Below, piece after piece: positions 12,959 through 22,257 of a stretch of 31,428 bases of DNA; position 1 is the stretch's first letter, and each line of letters starts with the position of its first letter. The position numbers and the translations under genes are program-made. This DNA comes from Malacoraja senta. Taxonomy: Eukaryota. The DNA lies in NCBI GenBank assembly GCA_038087875.1, contig JAXLNO010000038.1, positions 62,001 to 93,428 on the forward strand, written 5' to 3'. The notes beneath the pieces are model-generated. The model was not told where the DNA came from. It searched no databases and saw nothing but the letters and a program-made list of their open reading frames with translations.

Positions 12959-13603
12959 TGTTTTACTAACTTCCAAACGAGGCAGGGCAGGGGGTAGAAC
13001 AGGTCGAGTTCCTTCTCCTGGTGCCTGTTTGGTGACTGATGGTGGCATTTGTGTGATGGCAGCAGACAAAGATGCCAACTTTGGATGGAATCGCCCCTTG
13101 GTACACATCATAGACTTGTAGAATCACAGAAAGTCAATGATGCCTCGGAGACCAGTTGAAAGAGAGAGACCTGTAAGTTATTGGGGCAAATCGTCCAATA
13201 TTATGGAAGAACTTGGATAAGGACATGGACATTTTAAAAAGACAGATTTGCTGGCTGCAACGGAAAACCCGCAATCCACAGAAAGAATCAGTTTCAAGTT
13301 TCAAACCCGTCTGGCCTGTGGACTTGGACATCACACAACGGTGTGAACAGGAAAGGCTGAGACGGAGATAACGAGATTTTCTTGGATACACAAAGGAAGG
13401 AACCAAGCCTCAGCAGATGGTGGTAAACTGGCCAGCAGAGCACTATCACCATCGAGGATGATAACGATCAGGCTGAGGGATCATGACATCAGCAAACCCC
13501 TTATCATCGGAAGCCTATTGTTCATGCCAGATCGAAACTGGGAAACATCAAAAGAACCCCTTTTATCCAGAGGACCACCTGGGGGTTTCAAAGGAATCTC
13601 AGG

Positions 13604-13610
13604 TATAAAA
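13604..13610 (+). promoter_or_regulatory. LTR TATA box
   Basis: TATAAAA in the middle of the LTR, followed about 25 nt later by a pyrimidine-rich putative start region. Conserved in the 3' LTR. Confidence 0.7.
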
Positions 13611-13909
13611 CAGGAGTCCAGCCAGAACTCGCTCTCTGCTCTTTTCGGCTCTTCCTGCTCTTCCTGCTCTCTTTCTGCTCTACTGGACAGCTCGTGAGCC
13701 TGCATCGACTTAGCTGTGAGTATCCTGGTGACCTGGAGAAATTCCCGAAATAGGATAGGAGGTTGAGTAAATAAAGGGAAAGGGGAGTAAAATATTGTCA
13801 AAGTAAGTTTTACGACGTGCCCGATAATTTTCTTTCCATAGTTTTAGTTTAAAGCATAAGTTTAGTCACATATTATGTAGTGTTGGTGAGATTCGTTTTC
13901 TTATTGTTT

Positions 13910-13915
13910 AATAAA
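13910..13915 (+). promoter_or_regulatory. LTR polyadenylation signal (would be used in the 3' LTR copy)
   Basis: AATAAA followed by a GT/T-rich downstream element (gtccgtcttggtttctgttttc). A second AATAAA lies at 13770-13775. Confidence 0.65.
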
Positions 13916-14098
13916 GCCTGTAAATTTTAGACTTGCTTTGAGTCCGTCTTGGTTTCTGTTTTCTCTCATCAGCACGCTCTGGTCAAGTCAACCCTCTTAT
14001 CATATCCCACCATAATTCCGAGGTCTAGAACCTAGGGGAACCCCTTTTTCGGGCAGTTGGGCCCGAAGTGGAGTAAAGGGAACTAAACCCCTACAGAA

Positions 14099-14116
14099 TA
14101 GCGACCATGGCAGGAC
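14099..14116 (+). promoter_or_regulatory. Primer binding site, tRNA-Arg(TCG)-like
   Basis: TAGCGACCATGGCAGGAC, 3 nt after the LTR. It matches 15/18 to the complement of a vertebrate tRNA-Arg(TCG) 3' end (TGGCGACCGCGGCAGGAC, recalled from memory, not searched). Confidence 0.65.
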
Positions 14117-15966
14117 CTCGGTGGTTTGGGATATGTGATTTGCCAGAGGGGGTGAGAGAACGTAGCAAGATGGAGGAGAGAATCTCCTCTTATCTGTTTA
14201 AAAAGATCAATCTCACCAAACAATGGGTGATAGCATTGCTGACAGCACAGCAGCCTGCAGTAGCTGCGGCTCAATGGACGGAAAGCAAAATGTATAATAA
14301 AGGGCAGGAAAAGGCAGTTTGGCTAGCGTGCCTATCACAGCAGGTAGCAAAAATGCACAGACAGGTAGATAGACTGGAAGAGCAGTTGAGAGAAGCTAGG
14401 GCCAGCGCTGAAGAAAGCGCTAGAGAAGGGGAAGGGCTATCTGAGGAACTCAGTGAAGCCAGGCAGTGTATCTTGCAGGCGAGGGAGTCCCACAGAAATG
14501 CCCAGGAATTCCTCCAATGCCAGGTGGTAGAGGCAAAGGAGAGGGAACGGAACGCCCAGGAACTCCTGGCTCAGAGTACACAGAAGTGCAGGGAGCTGGA
14601 GAGAAAGTTCCAAGATATACAAGTAGCATACAGGGTGGCCCGTAGCGAGCTAGGCGATAGTGATCACGGGCCTTGCCAGGCAAGGATAGCGCAGCTGGCG
14701 GGAGACTCTGTCTAAGACTAGGGGACGGGGTTCACCTGGTAGGACCAGGGGGGTCCCCCAGGGGCAGAGGGCTTCCCTCAGCAGATGATTCCCCAGGGGC
14801 AAAGGGAATAGACCGCCTCCTGAGGCGCCGGGGATAGGTCCGGGTCAGCAGGTGGGGTTCGGGTTGTCCGGGGAGGGACAGGCCCAAGGAGGGAGGGAGA
14901 GCACCCTCAGTTAGCGGCTTCCGCGCCATGTGTAGCACACCACGAGGTGGTGGGGTTACCGATCATGGTGGGAGAGCCGGGGGTAAAGGGGCAACAGCCC
15001 CGAGTAGGGGCAGATGTGCCCGGTACGGCAAAGGAAATATGTCCCCCGGTAGGGCAGGCAGATAGGGGGCCCATAGAGAGTGATATCATCATTCCCCATG
15101 GGGCACACGTGCTGAGGGGATGGTGGCTCACGTTCCCAGGTTAACCAGGGTGGGAGACCCGTCATTGCATTTTATGGAGGTGCAGCAGGCAGCCGACATA
15201 AAACGATTGCGATGAGGTAGAACGGTAAAGCTGCTACTGATGACCCTAGATTCTTACCTATGCAAGGCAGTGACCTCCAGGGAAGGGGGAAGACCTGAAA
15301 ACATGGGTAGCGGCACAGACAGCGGTTCTGGAGGCCATGGGGTTGAATCAGGGTAGTCCTTTCACCAGGGTGGGGGAGACGAAGCAGCAGGTAGCTGAGT
15401 CCCCGGACATGTTCGCAGACAGGCTGTGGGCAGTGTATGAGGGAGCGTGTGGGACGCCTTTAGATAGGCAGAATTTAGATGAGAGAACAGCTCACTGGCT
15501 GAAGACTCTGGTAGCGAATTGCCTCCCGCGAGTTAGGGCAAAGGCCGAGCACTGGTTCGACCCAGCTGACCCAAACCTTAACGAGGCGGAGGTGATCAGG
15601 AAGCTCACCCTTGCATACCGCAATGGGGAGAGAAGTGAGGAGAAGCCCTTTAAGGGCAAGGTGCACGAAATAGCACCGGCACCCCCCAAAAGGAGGCAGT
15701 GGAAACAGGAAGGCAGCCAGACCTCTTCCGAGATGAGGCTGGTGTGCTACGGGTGTGGGAAGCCCGGGCATTACAAGAGGGAGTGCAGAAACCCAAGTAG
15801 AGCAGTGGGGGATAGGACCCCGGTAACAGCAGACCCAGTCCCGGAGGTAACAATAGATGTAAGAGATCTAATTACCTATTTGCAGTCAAAGGCGGGAGGG
15901 TCCGGACAGGTAGCCATGGCAACAGGCCAGGGCGCGCCCGTATCCGCACCCCCGGCCCCTTTATGA
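14107..15966 (+). pseudogene. gag: Gag: N-terminal coiled coil, capsid-like region and CCHC nucleocapsid; disrupted at about 14700-15330
   Basis: ATG in strong Kozak context (gaccATGG), E/Q/R-rich heptad region (14107-14715), CA-CTD-like QQVAESPDMFADRL and zinc knuckle CYGCGKPGHYKREC. Confidence 0.85.
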
Positions 15967-16836
15967 CCGCCAGCGAAACAGCCCACATTCCTATGCCCGT
16001 TAAAGTATGGCCCATGTGGGAGACCCTGGGTCAAGATGGAGGTCCAGGATGTTGTCGGGAGTTACCTGCTGGACACAGGTGCTTCCAGTACTATTGTTCA
16101 CATGGACAATCCCCGTACATCCCCTCTATCTAGTGGGGTACCCTATAGTCTTGTCGGTTTTATAGGAAACGAGAAGACAGGGTTTTTCTCTGTTCCCTTG
16201 TCCATTCAATTAGGAGCACTCCAGGCGCAGTGGAAATGCGTCATGATGAGTTGGGAGCAGGAGGGAAAAGGGATACTAGGCGCCGACTTTATAGTGGCCC
16301 ACCAGGTCCTGGTGGACCTGAGGAACCACTGTTTGTGGGGCATAGCAGGAGAAGGGGCTGAGAGAGAGAAGGAGGTAATGGTCATCGAGAGGGCATCAGA
16401 GAGAGGGGCTCTGTGTGTCGTGAAGCCCAGAGAGGGGTACGATCTAGAGGTCCTAGTGAGGCAGACCCCGACCGAGTATCGAGGCCATGTTAAGCGAAAT
16501 TTGGCCGCATTCGCTACTCACAAGCATGACTGTGGAAGGGTCACAGGAACAGAGGTCAGGATAGACGGGGATCCCATGTCTCGACCGCAGAAACAGTATA
16601 GTTTTCCCCGAGAGGCGGAGGCTGACTTAGAAGTCGCCCTGAGTTCACTGGTTAAGCAAGGTGTTTTGAGGCCCATAGCCACCCACGTGAACTCACCGCT
16701 CTGGCCCGTACGGAAGGCAAACAATTCCTGGAGGGCCACGGTAGATTATAGGGTCCTGAATAAGAATATTCCGGCTTGCGCACCAACTGTGGCAGCTGTA
16801 GCAGACCTATTTGCGGAAATTCCAGCGTCTGCATCC

Positions 16837-17033
16837 TCAAATTGTGTTTCTTATTTTCTTTTGGTGCTTTTGAAATTGAATTCTGTCCTTGATTTGTGTA
16901 CTGTGGTGTTTTCTTATTTAATTTATTCCGATTATGTGTTTTCTGTTTTGTTGTGATTCTATGCATTGCAAGGTGTCCTTGGGTTTTAGAAAGGCGCCAG
17001 TAAATAAAATGATTATTATTATTATTATTATTA
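16837..17033 (+). mobile_element. Roughly 200-bp 5'-truncated L2-type LINE 3' end inserted into RT
   Basis: An AT-rich block interrupts RT between ..EIPASA and FTVLDIS.. It ends aaggtgtccttggg..gaaaggcgcc..aataaaatg(ATT)n, typical of fish L2-clade tails. Boundaries are accurate to about 3 nt. Confidence 0.75.
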
Positions 17034-17387
17034 TTTACGGTGCTAGACATCTCGAACGGTTTCTTGTCTATCCCGGTCAGGAAGGAAGACCAGTACAAAT
17101 TTGCTTTCACATTCAAGGGGCAGCAGTACGCGTGGAACTGTCTTCCCCAAGGGTTCCACAATAGCCCCAGTATTTTCCACCAATGTATGGCAGAATGTTT
17201 AAAAGAATTCAGTGAGCCACACAAGATCGTCCAGTATGTGGACGATATTTTGCTATTCACGGACACCAGTGAGGAACATGGGCCCCTAGTAAATGAACTG
17301 CTGGAGCTGCTCTGTAAGAGCGGTTTAAAAATAAATCCCAAGAAGGCACAGATAGGGTTACAAGAGGTAAAGTTCTTGGGACTGACC

Positions 17388-18599
17388 CAACGGTGGATGC
17401 GATCTCGCTGGCCCTCCACTCCGCTCTGGACCACTTGGACAACAAAAACTCATATGTCAGGCTGTTATTCATCGATTACAGCTCCGCATTTAACACAATC
17501 ATCCTCTCCAAGCTGGTTACCAAACTCGCAGAACTGGGTCTCTGCGCATCCCTCTGCAATTGGATCCTCGACTTCCTCACTCTCAGACCACAGTCTGTTC
17601 GTATTGGTGGAAATGTGTCAGACTCAATAACAATTAGCACGGGAGCACCTCAAGGCTGCGTGCTCAGCCCCCTGCTGTACTCACTCTATACTCATGACTG
17701 CGTAGCCGGACATAGTGCGAATTCCATCATCAAGTTCGCTGATGACACCACTGTTGTGGGACGTATCACTGATGGGGATGAGTCAGAGTATAGAAGAGAG
17801 ATCGAGCAACTGTCCATATGGTGCCAGCACAACAACCTGGCCCTCAACACCAGCAAAACCAAGGAACTGATTGTGGACTTTGGAAGGAGTAGGATGGGGA
17901 CCCACAGTCCCGTTTATATCAATGGGTCGATGGTTGAAAGGGTCAAGAGCTTCGAATTCCTGGGCGTGCACATCTCTGAAGATCTTTCCTGGTCCGAGAA
18001 CAATGATGCCATTATTAAGAAAGCACATCAGCGCCTCTACTTCCTGAGAAGATTACGGAGAGTCGGTTTGTCAAGGAGGACTCTCTCTAACTTCTACAGG
18101 TGCACAGTAGAGAGCATGCTGACCGGTTGCATCGTGGCTTGGTTCGGCAACTTGAGTGCCCTGGAGAGGAAAAGACTACAAAAAGTAGTAAACACTGCCC
18201 AGTCCATCATCGGCTCTGACCTCCCTTCCATCGAGGGGATCTACCACAGTCGCTGCCTCAAAAAGGCTGGCAGCATCATCAAGGACCCACACCATCCTGG
18301 CCACACACTCATCTCCCTACTACCTTCAGGTAGAAGGTACAGGAGCCCGAAGACTGCAACGACCAGGTTCAGGAACAGCTACTTCCCCACAGCCATCAGG
18401 CTATTAAACCTGGCTCGGACATAACACTGAACTTTACTAGCCAATACTGTTCTTTGCACGTTATCAGTATATTGACCATTGTGTATATATTTATAGAATG
18501 CCTTGTAGTAAATGCCTACTATGTTCTGTTGTGCTCAAGCAAAGCAAGAATTTCATTGTCCTACCAGGGACACATGACAATAAACTCACTTGACTTGAC
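17388..18599 (+). mobile_element. 5'-truncated Rex1/Babar LINE inserted into the RT thumb region
   Basis: Open 343-codon frame (17393-18424) with [29 protein letters not shown] and [16 protein letters not shown] at 18579-18584 and a (CTTGA)n tail. Removing it rejoins host ..KFLGLT|LGPEK. Confidence 0.93.
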
Positions 18600-21500
18600 T
18601 TAGGGCCGGAGAAAGAGGTATCGATACAGCAAGAAGGCAGGCAGTGCAGGAACTCCCAGTCCCAACGGACGTGGGGGGGGGTAAGATCATTTCTGGGAGT
18701 CACGGGCTACTGCCGAGACTTTATAGAGGACTATGCCGCGACCGCAGCACCTCTGCACCGGCTGCTACGCAAAGGGGTAGAGTGGGAGTGGGATGAGCAG
18801 TGCGAGTCGGCATTCATCCATTTGAAGCGGGACCTGCAAAAGGCCCCAGCTCTGGCAGCCATTGACTACAGGGAGGAATTTTTCCTGGAGGTAGCCGCAG
18901 GCAGCGATGGCCTGAGCGCAGTGCTCCACCAGGAACGGCACGGCAAGTTAAGGCCAGTGGTGTATTCCTCCAGAGTCCACACAGAGGTAGAAAGGTCCTA
19001 TTCAAACAGTGAGCGGCACCTGCTAGCCACATACTGGGCAATGAAGAGGGTACAGGTCTTCATAAGAATGTCCCCCATCATCCTCCTGACCCACCATATC
19101 CCAACCCAGATGCTGCTGGACGGTCGGATTAAGGATGGGACCGTTAGCAGTGCGAGGATCACTCGCTGGACCCTTCTCCTTTCCCAAATGGCCTTACGGG
19201 TTGAGAGGCTAGGTGAGCCCAAGCTCGCAGCCAATCTGGTGTACCCAGGGGAGCCACACCATTGCTCGGTCGAAGGGGTATGGGAGGTGGACTTTGGGCT
19301 TAGAGCAGGGTTACATCCCACGGGTAGGGAAATATACGTGTACGGGTCCAGTTTCGTGTCCGAGGGCATACGGCTCACGGGCTGTGGGATCTGGGACCCC
19401 GAGGCAGAGATAGCCCTAGCTCTTAAACTCCCACATACGTTAAGCGCCCAGCAGGCCGAGCTGGCTGCGATAATGTACGTGGTCACCCATCCCAAGCGTT
19501 TCCCCACTCCATACACCATATGTTCGGACAGCATGTTCACATGCAATTCCTGCACGGAATATCTGGCCATCTGTTCCCGCCGAGGGTACACCTCATCGGA
19601 CGGGAAGCCCCTGAGCACTAAACCCCTATTAGAGAGGATTGTAGCAGCCGTAGGGAAGGGCGGGGATAGATATATCCATAAGGTGAAGGCCCATTCCAAA
19701 ACAGAGCCACGGGGCGAGGGAAATCAGAGGGCGGATTGCTTGGCCAGGGAAGGAGCCAGGAGTGGGAAAGCATGGGACCCCTATGAGGAAGGACAGGTAG
19801 CTGCAGCCAGGGAGCGGCCTCGGGAAATGGAGAGTGCGGGAGTGGTTTTGGCTCCGGACCTGACCATGGTCCAGGCACAAGACCCTATTTTAAAGGCTGC
19901 CTCAGCAGCCATTTGCAGGCAGGAGAAAATAGAGGGACCGTATGGGGGTAAAGACATGTCAGTAAAGGAAGGCATGTTATTCAAGGGAGATAAGTGGGTA
20001 GTGCCTTCCCTGTGCAGAAGGGAATTTTTAAAACTAGCCCATGAGGGTCCAGGGGCAGGTCACCCCGGGCCAGAGACCACATGGCAGCAAGTAGAGATGG
20101 CAGGATGGTGGCCAGGGCTCAGGGAAGACGTTCGCGACTTTTGTGCAAGTTGTCTGGTTTGCACAGCAAACAACCCAGACCCCCAGAAAAGGAAGGTTTC
20201 TATGGGACACATCAGGAGGGTGGAGAGGCCATGGCAGTCGATTCAAATCGACTACATCGGACCCCTTCCAACCGCTCAAGGGGGTTACAAGTACTGCTTA
20301 GTCCTTGTGGATGTGTTCTCAAAATGGGTAGAGGCCTTCCCTTGCAGAGCAGCCACCGCAATGGGTACGGCAAAAATCCTGGTTAGAGAGGTGTTCACCA
20401 GGTGGGGACTCCCACAGTTTGTGGAGTCAGATCAGGGGAACCATTTCACAGGACAGGTCATGCAGTCCACCCTTAGAATACTGGGCATCAAGGCCAAGTG
20501 GCATGTGGCCTACAACCCCCAGTCCTCGGGTCCGGTGGAGCGGTTGAACCGGACAATAAAGGAAAGGATAAGGAAGGAAACAGGGGACTCACCCAACCGG
20601 TGGGTGGAGGTTTTACCCCTGGTCCTTATGGGGATTCGGGCCAGCCAGTCCAGGAGTACGGGGTACTCTCCCCATGAGCTTATGACAGGCCGGGTCAAGA
20701 GAACGCCTATGCACGTTATGGTCCCAGCCCTAACAGATGGACAGCTCAGGGAAGTGAACCGGGACAAGTTTGCCAAGAGGCTATTTGAACAACTTAGGCA
20801 GGTTCACTGGCAGGCAGCCAGAAACATGGGGGGCCAGCACCAAAGAAACAAGATACTGCTGGAACCTTGCAGGCATTGCGAGTGGGCAGTGGGAGACCAG
20901 GTAATGGTCAGGAGATATGCTAGGGTAGGGGTGTTTGAACCCTTGTATGCGGGGCCCATACAACATAGTGGACAAAGCCAGTCCCATGGTGTATGCCATT
21001 CAGCTTCCCCGTAGAGTCAAATGGTTCCACATCAACCAGTGTAAATTGTTTGACCCCACAAGGGCAGGGAAAAGTAAGAAAGGGGTACATGTCTGAGAAC
21101 AGGATCAAGAACAGACCCGGGTTGATGTGGAAACCATAGGGGAGCCAGGCGAGTCCACAGGTAGTCAGCCTGAAGTAGCCGGCTGTGTCCCAGGGCGAGG
21201 ACTGGAAGCAGCGGAGAAGGAGGTTGACTCCAGCCCACCACAGGCAGGTACCGTAGACTGCCTAAGAGAGGCAGAACTAGCAGAAACAGAGGAGATGGAG
21301 GTATCACCTCTGGTGTGGGAACCCCCGGTCAGACGTAGGAGTGACAGGGTCATTAAACCCCCAATAAGGTGGTCCCCATCCCTAATTAAACCTAGGGCTT
21401 GGGCCGGCCACAGGAGGGCCGGGAAGGAGAGCGGCCGAAACAGGGCACTACGGAGTGCAGCTGGAGGGAGCCCAGTCTCCACAGGGAACGTAGGGGTAAC

Positions 21501-21714
21501 TCAAAACCCCGTAGTGCAAAGGGAGGTGAGGGGCAGTCAGGCCCCTCAACAGGAGGAGTTCTGGCCTGCACGGGTGGGCCCACCAGAGGGATGGCCCTAG
21601 CGTGACGGGGACCAGTTATGAGTTGGCCACCCGGAGACGGGTGGCGTTGTATATAGCATTGGTTTTTGTGTAAGTAGATGTAGTTAGCGTAACTAGAGAT
21701 AAGGTTTTGTATAG

Positions 21715-21972
21715 CTACAGGGGAGTACAGGGACAGACAGTACAGGATCGAAGGGATGTGCTGTGGTAAAGTGGACCACAACAGACAAATCAGACATAGT
21801 TCCAGCATGGGTCCGCATCGTGTCCCATGTTCTGATCATCTGCCAGATGATAATTGTGCTGTATTTGCTATGCATTAATGGCAAATTTAAAAGGTGGAGG
21901 AGGATGGCCAAATTACAACAGCTGGTAAATCGAGCCGCCCGACGTCACCGTAACGACACCCCATCACTGTAA
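21715..21972 (+). CDS. Putative small single-pass membrane protein exon in the env position (FAST/sORF2-like)
   Basis: 85 open codons after TAG 21712-21714. Hydrophobic IVSHVLIICQMIIVLYLLCI (21817-21876), then polybasic KFKRWRR and the helix MAKLQQLVNRAARR. AG acceptors at 21714 and 21720. There is no in-frame ATG before the TM. Confidence 0.55.
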   Translation, partial: LQGSTGTDSTGSKGCAVVKWTTTDKSDIVPAWVRIVSHVLIICQMIIVLYLLCINGKFKRWRRMAKLQQLVNRAARRHRNDTPSL

Positions 21973-22257
21973 AATGTCTGTACTCTAGTGCAATAGTTTT
22001 GTACATATGTTGTAATCCCTGCATTTTCAGGGAATGGTCGTGAGGGTACTGTATGGTTTGTGGGATTGATGTAAAGTAAAAGGTCTATAGTGTAAGTTAA
22101 TGTGCTTCGGGGGCCTAGTTTAGTGATTAAGGGGGCTTTCAGGGTACATAATTTCACCTTCTCACCAGGAGTGTTTACAGCTCTTAAGGCTGGAGGATTG
22201 CCCACTAACTTTGTCAATCGATACGGTCCGTGCAAGCCTGGACGTATCGTAGGGGCA

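Larger units (their letters stand above)
13172..14095 (+). repeat. 5' LTR
   Basis: Direct repeat of 22258-23181. By-eye comparison gave about 5 substitutions and 2 single-base indels. Confidence 0.97.
15967..21600 (+). pseudogene. pol: Pol: protease, RT, RNase H tether, RNase H, integrase with GPY motif and low-complexity tail; interrupted by two LINE insertions
   Basis: PR: LLDTGAS, ILGADF. RT: NSPLWPVRK, VDYRVLN, LDISNGF, LPQGFHNSP, YVDD. RH: SAQQAEL, SDS, KVKAH, GNQRAD. IN: HHCC, QIDYIGP, SDQGNHF, GPVER. After a +1 shift near 20955 it reads GPYNIVDK..WFHINQCK, then TGA (21094-21096), then continues in frame into ORF 21127-21600. Confidence 0.93.

Noticed and set aside
13134..13801. ORFs in the LTR (13458-13697 +, 13481-13801 -, 13134-13406 -), the first two duplicated at 22545-22888
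   Set aside because: The duplication only reflects LTR identity. There are no recognisable domains, the sequence is partly low-complexity, and two of them lack an ATG start.
18998..19699. 233-aa antisense ORF opposite the RNase H domains
   Set aside because: Shadow frame of an open coding region, with no motif support.
21600..22257. Conventional env gene
   Set aside because: Only about 650 bp, with no signal peptide, furin site plus fusion peptide, or long ORF. ORF 22102-22323 runs into the LTR and has no motif.
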